Shown here in pieces: positions 17,919 to 27,259 of a stretch of 64,000 nt of DNA; positions within the stretch are counted from its first letter, which is position 1; each line of letters starts with the position of its first letter. The stretch is taken from contig CBDASK010000003.1 in the NCBI GenBank assembly GCA_965199495.1, positions 4,224,001 through 4,288,000 of the forward strand. Direction: 5' to 3'. This DNA comes from Abditibacterium sp. GTDB lineage: Bacteria > Armatimonadota > Abditibacteriia > Abditibacteriales > Abditibacteriaceae. Under the pieces are notes generated by a model that was not told the DNA's origin, did not search any database, and saw only the letters and a list, made by a program, of their open reading frames with translations. Position numbers and translations under genes: made by a program.

Positions 17919-19982
17919 TTAGTCGGCGGCGGCAATCAGGGCGGAATCGTCCATCTCGGCAAAGCGGCGCTCTGCCTCGGCGAGTTCGAGTTCCGCCAGT
18001 TCGTCGGCGAGAGATTTCATCTCGGCGGGCGCGTCGGCTTCGGTTCGCACCGTGTCGGGTGCGGTCGCGTCATCGAGGGCGTGCGTTTCGAGCAGATCGG
18101 CCATTTCGTCTTCCAACTCCTTCAAGCGAGAGTGGTAGGTCGTCAGGCGTTCCACGTTCAATTTGCTCAAGACCCGTCCGGCTTTGCGCGAGCCAGCGCG
18201 CAGTTCGATCAGGTCTTCGACACGCTCTTGATACTCTCCGATGGCCGCCACGATCTTCTCGGAGTGGGAACCAAAGGTGGTGTGTTGGAACTCGGTGCCC
18301 AAAGTCGCCGCTTCGTTACGTAACGATTTCGCGGCCTCTTCGGGCGTCTCGTCGGCGCGCATCTCCAAAACGAAATCAACCATCTTGGAAACCATCGCCG
18401 TGAAGCCCTGCAAGTTGGCTTGCAAGAAAGCGAGGCGCTCTTCTTTGGTCGGCGGCACGAGCGTGGTCAGGCCCAACTGCTGCGATTCCGTCGTCGGATC
18501 AAGCACCGACGGCAGCACGCTATAACAAAGTTGATCCATCGCATCGCGCAGGGCACCACCGAGCATCATCTGGCCATCGAACTGCCATCGCTGTTCGGCG
18601 GCGGGGTTGAGAAAAGCCTTGGTTTCGTCTTTGGCGTCCTCTTCATCGCTTTGGGCGAGGTAGACCTTGATTTCGTCAACGCGCTCGTCGGTCGGAATAT
18701 CGTCCCACGATTTGTGACTGCCCAGCAACGCAGATCGGAACTTACCATCATTCTTGGCGCCTTTTCCATCACGGTTGATGATGGTATGCACCTCGCCGAC
18801 ACTGCCTTCCGATTTGTTGATCGCGTTCAGCACCTTCGACATATCCACGATGTTGGCGATGTAACCCTTTTTGACGGCCTCGGTCACGACGTTGGAGATC
18901 ACGCTGTTCTCGTTGTGACCGGCTTGCTTGAGCAGCGACGAAGTGTCCTTTTTGCTTAGCGGCTTCTCGGCATCGCTGGATTTGGGCTTCTCGCCCTTTT
19001 CGTTTTTGCCCTTGCCCTTGTCTGTGGGTTTGTCCGCAAAGCTGGAGAATTTGCCATCGCCGCTACCGTGTTCGTTGATATGTTTGCTCAACTTCTTTTC
19101 GTCGTGACTATCATTGGCGCTGTTGGAAAGCACGTTGTGGAGATCGGCCACCGAGTTAATGTGGCCTTTCTCATACGCTTCCGTCACCACGCTCATCGCC
19201 ACACTATTGGGCTTCACTCCATATTGCTTGGCAATCGCCTCTACTCGTTCAGGCTTGAGTTTTGACGGAGCCTTTGCTCCTGAGCCGGACGACGAACCGC
19301 CCGAACCCCCGGATGAACCGCCAGAGCCGAACTTACCATCGTCGGCGCGCGGGTGCTTCGATTCTTCCCAGTCGGCTTTGGTTTCTTCGCTCTCGTCTTC
19401 CCTGGGCGTCAGGTCGCTCAGCACGCGAACGGCCTTGGCGTAGGAGACGTTGCCCAACCAGTCTTCGGGAACGCTTTTGGCTTCCTCCAGACTGCGAATT
19501 CCGGTCATGCGGAACTCGGCGGGCGTGGGCGTGAACGAAAACTCGAAGATCGGCCACTGGATGATTTCGCCGCACTTCACACCGTCGCGGCGCTTGACCG
19601 CGCGCGTGATCGCGCCGCTCGACCAACTCAGCGCCTCTTCCTCGGTCAACTCATATATTTTGCGCTCGTAGGCGTTGCGCCGGTCGAGGATCGTCGCCAC
19701 CAGCAAACCGTGTTCGTCTGGATGCGCTTTCACCGTCGGCGGCAGCAGAATACCCGAATACGATTTGAGTGCGGGCGTGAGCGGGATCGCATGGTGAAGC
19801 AGGCAATTGACGCCGACGCCACGACTCGCGCCCAGATTGGTATCGGGCGTGAACCAGTCGCCGCCCAGATCGGTGTTCTGCGCGTCGCCCCATAGCAATC
19901 CGTAATCGCCGACAGTCACAAAGTCGCCGTTGGTTTCGAGCGATTTGAGTGAGCCACCAGTGTTGATGAGAAGTTCGTTCAT
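17919..19982 (-). CDS. Prohead protease with a long internal insertion and scaffold-like C-terminus
   Basis: DLGGDWF, LLHH, DEHGL, WSSG, WPIFEFSFTPTPAE protease motifs; directly upstream of the capsid gene. Confidence 0.85.
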   Translation of the reverse strand: MNELLINTGGSLKSLETNGDFVTVGDYGLLWGDAQNTDLGGDWFTPDTNLGASRGVGVNCLLHHAIPLTPALKSYSGILLPPTVKAHPDEHGLLVATILDRRNAYERKIYELTEEEALSWSSGAITRAVKRRDGVKCGEIIQWPIFEFSFTPTPAEFRMTGIRSLEEAKSVPEDWLGNVSYAKAVRVLSDLTPREDESEETKADWEESKHPRADDGKFGSGGSSGGSGGSSSGSGAKAPSKLKPERVEAIAKQYGVKPNSVAMSVVTEAYEKGHINSVADLHNVLSNSANDSHDEKKLSKHINEHGSGDGKFSSFADKPTDKGKGKNEKGEKPKSSDAEKPLSKKDTSSLLKQAGHNENSVISNVVTEAVKKGYIANIVDMSKVLNAINKSEGSVGEVHTIINRDGKGAKNDGKFRSALLGSHKSWDDIPTDERVDEIKVYLAQSDEEDAKDETKAFLNPAAEQRWQFDGQMMLGGALRDAMDQLCYSVLPSVLDPTTESQQLGLTTLVPPTKEERLAFLQANLQGFTAMVSKMVDFVLEMRADETPEEAAKSLRNEAATLGTEFQHTTFGSHSEKIVAAIGEYQERVEDLIELRAGSRKAGRVLSKLNVERLTTYHSRLKELEDEMADLLETHALDDATAPDTVRTEADAPAEMKSLADELAELELAEAERRFAEMDDSALIAAAD

Positions 19983-20170
19983 AGGAACCGATTTCGGTAA
20001 ACCGCGTGACAAACGCAAAAACGCCAGCCTCGCAAAAATGGAGGCTGACGTTCGGGACGTTCGGCTCTATGAAGAAAAGCGCATCACGCGAATTCGCGGG
20101 CGTTCAAGGACGCTCAGGATGAGCGCGCATTTCGTTACGTAACTAATTGTAAGCGCCCGCGCGGGCCGTG

Positions 20171-20425
20171 TCAACTCCCTAAAGCCACGATCACTTTCGT
20201 CAATGCGTCCGCCGTTTCAGAAAACGCGCGCCACTTACCGTCACGATAACCGATTTCGTATTCCATCGTGATCCGTTCGGACTCGCTCATGGAATCCGTG
20301 ATTTCATCGCGCAGGGATTGCGCGCTTTCCAGCGCATGATTGGCGGATGCAGTGAAGACAGCGACCTGCGTTTTGAGAAGCTCGATTTCAACAGCGCTCA
20401 CCTGGGTTCTCCCTTGACATTGCAT
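20171..20425 (-). CDS. Hypothetical protein
   Basis: ORF in operon. Confidence 0.5.
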   Translation of the reverse strand: MQCQGRTQVSAVEIELLKTQVAVFTASANHALESAQSLRDEITDSMSESERITMEYEIGYRDGKWRAFSETADALTKVIVALGS

Positions 20426-20712
20426 TTGACGAAGCGGCCATCATAAAACTCCGATGCTGGCCTCACCCAGACGATCCCGTCGAGATTAGATTTATAAATC
20501 ACGACCTTTTGTAAATCCGCTTCTACTTGACCTTCCGCGATGACGCTATAAATGCCTCCGCTCTTGGTGTGCCGATAAAAATCATAGTCCAGTTCGTCAC
20601 GGAGGAATTTGCCAATTGACCAAAGGGGAGCCATTAGCAAAAAACGAGCAGAGTTCCGCAATCGAAGAGAAACTTCCGCAAAAATTGAATCACTTTCAAC
20701 GGCTTGCTCCAA
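20398..20712 (-). CDS. DUF1653-like protein
   Basis: YRHTKSGGIYSVI...VVIYKS...VWVRPASEFYDGRF. Confidence 0.75.
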   Translation of the reverse strand: MEQAVESDSIFAEVSLRLRNSARFLLMAPLWSIGKFLRDELDYDFYRHTKSGGIYSVIAEGQVEADLQKVVIYKSNLDGIVWVRPASEFYDGRFVKCNVKGEPR

Positions 20713-20929
20713 CGTTTGTGCTTAGATGAGCGCGCAGACGCTTTTCGCGCTCGCAGTTCACGTCCACGACCGTCGTCAGGTCGCGCCGCCGAATGCGAAT
20801 GGCTCCCGTCACCAGTGAAAGCTCGAAGAGCAAGCGTCCGTTAGCGTCGTGAATAGGTTCCCATTCTTTGGGGAGCATTTGGGTTTGATTCATAGGCTTA
20901 TTCTTCGTCCTCTGCTTCCCAACTTTCAA
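20696..20929 (-). CDS. Hypothetical protein
   Basis: ORF; start probably at an internal Met. Confidence 0.45.
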   Translation of the reverse strand: MKVGKQRTKNKPMNQTQMLPKEWEPIHDANGRLLFELSLVTGAIRIRRRDLTTVVDVNCEREKRLRAHLSTNVGASR

Positions 20930-21377
20930 GCCATTCGCTCAAATTGTCAGCGATGACGGCCAGATCGGAAACTTTCGCGTTTTCGGGCGCGGTCTCGTGA
21001 TCCCAGAACAGTATCGCACCACTCCCAGCGTCGAGACAGGCGAAGTTACCGCCCGCATCAATGGCGAGCGGCACACAGCCTTTGGGCAAGCGGTCGCCCA
21101 GCAACCCGACGGTCGTTTCGACATCGTAAGCGCCACCGACAAAACCAAGCGTGGCCGTCAGTTCGGTTTGGCCCTCGTCAACGGGGAACGTGACTTCGCT
21201 CCATCCGTGGCCACCGCACACGCGCAGAAAATCGCGAACCTCGGTGGCCAACTCGCCATTGATCTGTTCGTCGAGTCGGTCACAGGCCGCATCGAAATCG
21301 TCGCCCTTTGGTTGCGGTTTGCCAAGTTTGTAGGCACCATATTTTTCGAGCAGGGCGGAGAAACCTTCGGAGTTCAT
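20898..21377 (-). CDS. SMI1/KNR4 (SUKH) immunity protein
   Basis: LATEVRDFLRVCGG...LPKGCVPLAIDAGGNFACLD...ILFWDHE...IADNLSEWLE. Confidence 0.9.
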   Translation of the reverse strand: MNSEGFSALLEKYGAYKLGKPQPKGDDFDAACDRLDEQINGELATEVRDFLRVCGGHGWSEVTFPVDEGQTELTATLGFVGGAYDVETTVGLLGDRLPKGCVPLAIDAGGNFACLDAGSGAILFWDHETAPENAKVSDLAVIADNLSEWLESWEAEDEE

Positions 21378-21395
21378 AGAGAATAAAAGTATCGG

Positions 21396-21845
21396 TTATT
21401 TGGAAGCGCACAGACTGTGCCCACCGGTGTGGTGCGCGGCGTTGTGGATAATGGTCGGCACCAAGATCATCTTCTGGCGATTGCAATCTTCGAGATGATG
21501 CCAGGTCAACTCTTTCTCGGTGCGCAACCGTTTGACGCGCGCGACATCGGGCTTGCCGTTCTTCTTTTTCCAACCCAGCTTCTCGGCATAGGCCGCGTCG
21601 GCTTCTTTAAAATCTTCGTTGCGGTCGCCATGAAATTCAAGGTAAATGCGGCTCGAAATCGGGCGCCCTCTCTCTCCCCGCTCGCGCGCGATGAACGGCT
21701 CCAATCGAGGGAAACCGCGCCTATACTGCACGCCGCGTTGCCCAGTCGCTTCAAGCGCTGTTCGCACGGAATCGGCTCCGAACAAGCCATCGGGCGGGCG
21801 CCACAGCGAGTTGCCGCGCTCGCCCTCGAACCCCTCGCGCGGCAT
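21396..21845 (-). CDS. WHH-type HNH/EndoVII nuclease toxin domain
   Basis: GVQYRRGFP...RNEDFKEAD...LTWHHLED...MILVPTIIHNAAHHTGG; directly followed by SUKH. Confidence 0.9.
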   Translation of the reverse strand: MPREGFEGERGNSLWRPPDGLFGADSVRTALEATGQRGVQYRRGFPRLEPFIARERGERGRPISSRIYLEFHGDRNEDFKEADAAYAEKLGWKKKNGKPDVARVKRLRTEKELTWHHLEDCNRQKMILVPTIIHNAAHHTGGHSLCASK

Positions 21846-21856
21846 CTGGTGCCCGC

Positions 21857-22096
21857 TTACGACTTTGTAAGAGAGTTTTTTTTTGCTCCAGAGCCAAACT
21901 CGCCGTTGTCGGCGCGCGGATGATCGTCTTCGTGCCAGTCGGCTTTGATTTCGTCTTCGTCATCAACGCAAACGCAGTCGGCATATTCTATCCAATCTTC
22001 GCGCGTGAGCGGAGGCTCTTTACAAGGCGTAACGTTGAGAGTTTCACCTTTCCATTTGAAAGCGCCTATGGGTGGATTCGCAGTGACTTGATTCAT
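21857..22096 (-). CDS. N-terminal leader of the toxin, carrying the WxExxHPR motif (joined by a -1 shift)
   Basis: KADWHEDDHPRADNGEFGSG followed by a 9-A run. Confidence 0.65.
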   Translation of the reverse strand: MNQVTANPPIGAFKWKGETLNVTPCKEPPLTREDWIEYADCVCVDDEDEIKADWHEDDHPRADNGEFGSGAKKNSLTKS

Positions 22097-22140
22097 AGTT
22101 TTTCTCTCTTAAGTTTACCAGAAATCACGGTGAATTGCCT

Positions 22141-24408
22141 CTATTTCGGAGCAATCCACCCGTGTCGTTCGAACAATTCGTCCAAGGCTTTGGCGATGGG
22201 TTCAAACTCGTCGGGATCCCAAAATTCGGGGTAGTGCAAATCGTGTTTAGTCAAACCCCCAAAGGCAGTTCTTTGACTAAAGGACATATGATGCGCCAAC
22301 TGTTTTCGTAAAGTAGGGCTGCCGCTTCGGGTAACGATGTATTGAGTATAGGCGCGGGCAAAAACTTCTTCCGGCGCCAGCAAATAGGCCACATGCTTTC
22401 TGTCGATTTGGTATTCAACCTCGATGGGATCGTGCCGTGTCAACCCCTTTTCTGTCAAAGTTTTGGCTTCTTTAATTTCCATTAAAAATTGAAATGCGCG
22501 AGTGCTGGTTACCGCCGCGTGGAACTGCGTCCACTGCTCGTCATATTCTTGCTGCTCGTCCCCACTCCAATCCAGATGAAGTCTGTGAGTCGAAAAAACT
22601 TCACGCGCCTCCTTGTCTTCGCCCATCCCTTTATGATCCAAAAAATGACCTATCTCGTGAATCACTGTCAGATACGGCGTTGGATTCCTCGGAGTGACAC
22701 TAAGAGAAAGAGTCTCACCCTTTGGAGAATATTCGTATTTACCCTGTTCACCTCTTTCTTCTGCGGGTTTGCGGGAAAGAGGAACGGTTGGTAGCTCTCC
22801 ATCTCCATGCAATTTGTCGATGACTTTGAGAATAGGCGCCAAATTTTTAGCGTTGGCTTGCAGTTGCAACCCTTTGCTGACAGAACGACCTTGGGGCGTG
22901 AATGGATGGGGTGTGGCCCGAACGAGCGTGCTGACCAAACCGGGCGTGATTTCGTTCCACGAAACTGTGGGTTTGTTTATGCTGGAAGATAAACTCCCAT
23001 CTCCGAATTGCCCGTTGTCAGCGCGTGGGTGTTTGACTTCGTCCCAATTAGCATCAGCAGATTTGGCTTCGTTTTCCTCAACAGATTCTTCTTCTGCTTC
23101 TGCTTCCTCCAACGCGGGCAACTTCGCTTTCTCGCGCGCCTCGTTGGGCTGCATCCAGCCGCCTGCAACGGCTTTGGTCACGCGGTCATAAAGCGCGCCT
23201 TCATCGTCTTGCAGCGCCGCGATCTGTGAGCGGTCAAAGCCGATGCGCCATTCCGATTTGTCCATTCCGAAGAGCGGGAACAGTTGCGCTTCGAGTTCGC
23301 CGCCTTTGCGGTTTTGCAGGGGAATAATGTTGCGTTGCCAGAAATCATCGATGGCCTCGCCGTAGTTGGCGTAAGTCTTGGTGCCGTCGCCCGCCGAGAA
23401 TCCCAGAACCATCGGCGGCGTTTTGATGGCCGCGCAGATGCGCGCTTCATAATGCGCGGGCAACTTATCCAGCGCTAACTCATCGGGCGAAAAGCTGATT
23501 TTATGAAAGTCCACTGGCAGGTTCGATCCAGCCACGCGCCCGGCGCCCTCGCGCCGCAGTCGCCGTTCCGTCTGCGAGAGAACCGTTTCCATCTCTCGCG
23601 TCGTGAGGGTCGCGCCCTCTTTGGCCGTGAGGAAGAACGAGGCGCCCGCGCCATTTTTGAGAACGGCTGTTTGATAAGTCGCGGCGATGTTGTCGCCCGC
23701 GATTTCACGATAGACGCTGAGGAGCGGCGATTCGCCAAAACGCGGGTTGCGCCGGTTCAAACGATAGCGAAAATGCAGCGCGTGATCGACGCGCGCATTC
23801 CTCATCGGGTCGTCGGGATTGCCATAGAGCGCCGAAGCCGCGAGCGGGTAGGGCCGACCATCCACGAAGATGCGGTAGGAGCCGATGAAGTGATGCAGAT
23901 CGAAGACCGGCGCGATCAGGCTTTCGTGCCACAGTTCGACCGGCTGGGTGCGCGCGCGATTCCAGACCGCGCGCATATAGCCGTTGCCGGTAATCAGTTC
24001 ACCCGCGATCTCGGCTTCCCACAACTGGTCACGGCCATAGTGCGGGTTGGGATTGTGCAGCAGTTCGATCAACGGGTGCATCTCGACGCGGTTCCAGTTG
24101 TCGCCCGAACGTTGCTCCAAAACAAACGGCGCCGCGCAGAACGCTTCGGCGATGGCCGACACTGCCGCGCTCACCACGCCGTTGAGTGAAACTTCGCCCA
24201 CATCCGAGGAATAATCGTCGCGGCTGCCCGCAGCGTCTGACGCGCCAAAATCGGCGTTGCCCGATACCGCGCCCGCCGGCAAATAGCCCGACGCCGAAGA
24301 CGAACCGGATAAACCGGTGCCCCAGTTGGAAAACGGCGTGGTGCCCGACGGCGCAAGCGATGCCGCCACGGCTTTAACGCCCGCACCGACCGATTCAAAA
24401 AGGTTCAT
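22141..24408 (-). CDS. Portal protein with C-terminal HExxH metallopeptidase-like extension
   Basis: HPLIELLHNPNP, LITGNGY, GESPL, ICAAIKTPP, MQPNEARE portal motifs; then HEIGHFLDH...EEVFARAY. Confidence 0.9.
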   Translation of the reverse strand: MNLFESVGAGVKAVAASLAPSGTTPFSNWGTGLSGSSSASGYLPAGAVSGNADFGASDAAGSRDDYSSDVGEVSLNGVVSAAVSAIAEAFCAAPFVLEQRSGDNWNRVEMHPLIELLHNPNPHYGRDQLWEAEIAGELITGNGYMRAVWNRARTQPVELWHESLIAPVFDLHHFIGSYRIFVDGRPYPLAASALYGNPDDPMRNARVDHALHFRYRLNRRNPRFGESPLLSVYREIAGDNIAATYQTAVLKNGAGASFFLTAKEGATLTTREMETVLSQTERRLRREGAGRVAGSNLPVDFHKISFSPDELALDKLPAHYEARICAAIKTPPMVLGFSAGDGTKTYANYGEAIDDFWQRNIIPLQNRKGGELEAQLFPLFGMDKSEWRIGFDRSQIAALQDDEGALYDRVTKAVAGGWMQPNEAREKAKLPALEEAEAEEESVEENEAKSADANWDEVKHPRADNGQFGDGSLSSSINKPTVSWNEITPGLVSTLVRATPHPFTPQGRSVSKGLQLQANAKNLAPILKVIDKLHGDGELPTVPLSRKPAEERGEQGKYEYSPKGETLSLSVTPRNPTPYLTVIHEIGHFLDHKGMGEDKEAREVFSTHRLHLDWSGDEQQEYDEQWTQFHAAVTSTRAFQFLMEIKEAKTLTEKGLTRHDPIEVEYQIDRKHVAYLLAPEEVFARAYTQYIVTRSGSPTLRKQLAHHMSFSQRTAFGGLTKHDLHYPEFWDPDEFEPIAKALDELFERHGWIAPK

Positions 24409-24890
24409 TGGGTTTCTCCCTCGAATAACGGAGGCTCGCCCGAATCGGTCGCGCTCAGCAAGTTGGCAAAGTCGAGGCGCGCCAACAGTTCGCGCGCGGC
24501 GCCGTTTTGCGCCCGCACGACGCCATCTGGGAGCGTGTCGTAGATCATCAAATTCAAAACTCCGCCCGCTTGAAGCAATCGCGGAATGGGTTCCAGTGAA
24601 ATGCCGCGCAGTGAAAATCCTTTTTGCGCGACCTCTTGCCGCGTCTCCATGTGCAGCTTCAATTTTTCGTAGAAGCGCGCGCAGAGCGCGAACTGCGGCA
24701 CGCCTTTTTCCTCCAAAATCGGTTCGTGCGCGCTTCCGCCACGAACTTGCTGGTGCAATCGCTTAAGAGCACCATCCACGCCGCCGCCCGCGCCACTGAT
24801 GCCGCGCGATGAGGGCGACTGCGAACCGGACTGGGCCACAGCGCGGCTGAGCCAGTCGTCGAACTCGTCTTCGGGGAAAACTGTTGACAT
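24405..24890 (-). CDS. Hypothetical protein
   Basis: ORF with ATGA overlap to the portal. Confidence 0.55.
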   Translation of the reverse strand: MSTVFPEDEFDDWLSRAVAQSGSQSPSSRGISGAGGGVDGALKRLHQQVRGGSAHEPILEEKGVPQFALCARFYEKLKLHMETRQEVAQKGFSLRGISLEPIPRLLQAGGVLNLMIYDTLPDGVVRAQNGAARELLARLDFANLLSATDSGEPPLFEGETQ

Positions 24891-24892
24891 CG

Positions 24893-25075
24893 TTAAAATC
24901 CTCCCAGCATCCAGTGCCACGCGCGCGCCATGACGCCGACGTTCGCGCACCAGAGCGCCACAGCGAGAGGGACGAAAACGACGAAAAGCACGCACGCGCC
25001 CGCGCCCACCCATTTGTTTGAGATTTCAATATCATCGGGCGTGATGCTGACGTTCTCTTTGATTTTATCGCTCAT
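24893..25075 (-). CDS. Small membrane protein
   Basis: Hydrophobic C-terminal half. Confidence 0.5.
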   Translation of the reverse strand: MSDKIKENVSITPDDIEISNKWVGAGACVLFVVFVPLAVALWCANVGVMARAWHWMLGGF

Positions 25076-25925
25076 TTTCGACCTCACTCTCCATTTCAAT
25101 TAATTCAATCGGACTTTTGACAACGCAACCGCTCGCGTTTTTGTGTCCGCCGCCACCGTGCAATTTGGCTATCACGCTCACATCGAAGTTACCGACGCTA
25201 CGAAAGTTATAGCGAAAGCCGCCGTCCACTGGCTCGACGTTGAACGCGAAATTAATCTCAGGATGTTGCTGGCAGATCAGGCTCAATGCGTCACTCACCA
25301 GCGCGCCCTGACTCGTCCAAATCGCGCCCGCTTTGTAGCCGTCCATTTCAACGATCTGCGCGCCCGCTGCAATTTCGGCGACGTCCGCATTGCGTTGCTC
25401 CAGCAACGGCGAACCAACGGCAAACATGAATCCGACATAATCTTCGAGGTTACACAGCGCACTGTAAATCTCAAAGTTCTGTGGGAACAGCGCAAGCGCC
25501 AAATGAATGGCCTCCGTGCCGGGCAGTTCCTTGCGCCACAAATCGCGGTCTGCGACGTAATCGATGAGCGCGGGGCGCTTTTGATGAGGGCGAAACTCAT
25601 CCCACGCCATCTGCGCGCCACTGCGGTTCATGTCGAAATAGGCGTAAGGCAATCCTTTCAATTCCGCCTCTGCCGTTTTGTGATGGTCGAGCACGAGCAA
25701 ACTCGCGCGCTCCGCCCACGTTTCGAGCGTCTCACGCGAGTAACTAAAATCAAGCAAGAAAACTCTGTCGCCGTCATTGATCTGCGGCGGCTCCCGCCCA
25801 TAAACGACTGGAATATAATCGGCAGTGTCGCCGAACTCAAGCCACGCGCACCACGCGGCTGCAAAACCGTCAGCGCAATGTCTGGTGCCGTCTATTGAGT
25901 GGAAGAGAATCTTGATCTTGTTCAT
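25065..25925 (-). CDS. DHH/DHHA1 phosphoesterase (NrnB-like)
   Basis: CADGFAAAW, LLDFS, LDHHKTA, GGGHKNASG. Confidence 0.9.
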   Translation of the reverse strand: MNKIKILFHSIDGTRHCADGFAAAWCAWLEFGDTADYIPVVYGREPPQINDGDRVFLLDFSYSRETLETWAERASLLVLDHHKTAEAELKGLPYAYFDMNRSGAQMAWDEFRPHQKRPALIDYVADRDLWRKELPGTEAIHLALALFPQNFEIYSALCNLEDYVGFMFAVGSPLLEQRNADVAEIAAGAQIVEMDGYKAGAIWTSQGALVSDALSLICQQHPEINFAFNVEPVDGGFRYNFRSVGNFDVSVIAKLHGGGGHKNASGCVVKSPIELIEMESEVENER

Positions 25926-25930
25926 CGGCC

Positions 25931-26143
25931 TTATTTAGAGTTGTCTTTGGCTTCAATCAACGTGCCACAACCCGGCGTCGCGCAGTAAAAGCACGTCGCG
26001 CCCTGAGGAGACAGCGCAGCAGATGCGGGACGGTCGGTCGCGCGCAATTTGAACTGCGCGCTGCATTTCGGGCACTCGATGGTTTGCCCGACCCAGAACG
26101 GTTTTTTGGGCGCGTTCAAATCGCCCTTTTTGATGGTTTCCAT
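25931..26143 (-). CDS. Small zinc-ribbon protein
   Basis: CPKC...CATPGC. Confidence 0.6.
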   Translation of the reverse strand: METIKKGDLNAPKKPFWVGQTIECPKCSAQFKLRATDRPASAALSPQGATCFYCATPGCGTLIEAKDNSK

Positions 26144-26594
26144 TATTGGTTTTCCTCCTTTTTTCCACGCGCGAGCAATTGATGACGACGCACGTTGCGC
26201 GCCCTATCGTCATCGCATCTCGATAATTCTTCATGCGCGTAGGCAAGTGACGTGCTCATTCGATAGCATGAATCGAAGTAGGTATGCCACTTCACAAATG
26301 GCGCATTACAAAAGAAAAACGGCGTGTAAAGTATCCAATGCTTTGCGCAAGACAGAAAGTATTTCATAACGAAATTATTCGCCTTTGTGCGGCGACGCAA
26401 GTGGTGGCGCTGGTGGCGCTACTGGTCGGCGCGGCAAAATGCCGCCTTTGGGCACGTTCCAACCGAGCGCGCGTAGTCGCCGCCAATCGCCAATGAACGC
26501 GCGGCCCTCTCGCTCCGCTCGACGTTTCGCCCGCGCGTCTTCGCGACGTTCGCGCTCTTTTCGCCGTTTGCGCCATGAGAAAAAGTGCAACACG

Positions 26595-27254
26595 TTAATC
26601 GTTTACCGGCTCCCACTGCAATGTGTCGGTGTCCAGAACAGCGCTTTCCAAAATATCGAGGCACCGAAAATGAGTCCCGCTCACTTTGCCCTGCCACGCT
26701 TGGTGATGGTGGCCAAACACCCATAATTCCGGCGTATGCTCTTCGAGCATCAGTGCCATCGCTTGCGTAGTGCGGGTCAAGATCGTTCGCTTCGAGAGTT
26801 TAGAACTATCGGGCATCGCCTCGAAGACTGCGGGCGGGCAATCGTGACTTATTACCAGTCGCGGTTTGACCTCCAAATACAGATCATAGGCGTCCTGCAA
26901 TTGGGCGAGGCTCAATTGTTCCTCTCGCCACCAATCCACACCTTCAGTTCGCCAAGGCCGATCAATGCTCCACGCCCCGCTTAGGAAAAACGCGTCTGCT
27001 TCGGGCCAGTATCCGAAATCGCCCAAATAACCGGGAAGAGCATGAGCCAACGAAGGATTATCGTGATTACCGCGCAAAAACTGCATATGTGTCGGCAATT
27101 CGGATTCTTCGATACCACGAAAACCCAAGCCTAAATCGCCGACCTGAACCACGCGGTGTCCAGCAGAAGCGCCGCCCGCGTGTTTCGAGTTTGCGCACAG
27201 CGCGTCCAATTCTTGAAGGCGTCCGTGAACGTCGCCGATGAGTAGCAGTTTCAT
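26595..27254 (-). CDS. Calcineurin-like metallophosphoesterase
   Basis: GDVHG, QVGDLG, RGNHD, SHDCP, FGHHH. Confidence 0.9.
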   Translation of the reverse strand: MKLLLIGDVHGRLQELDALCANSKHAGGASAGHRVVQVGDLGLGFRGIEESELPTHMQFLRGNHDNPSLAHALPGYLGDFGYWPEADAFFLSGAWSIDRPWRTEGVDWWREEQLSLAQLQDAYDLYLEVKPRLVISHDCPPAVFEAMPDSSKLSKRTILTRTTQAMALMLEEHTPELWVFGHHHQAWQGKVSGTHFRCLDILESAVLDTDTLQWEPVND

Positions 27255-27259
27255 GTTGA

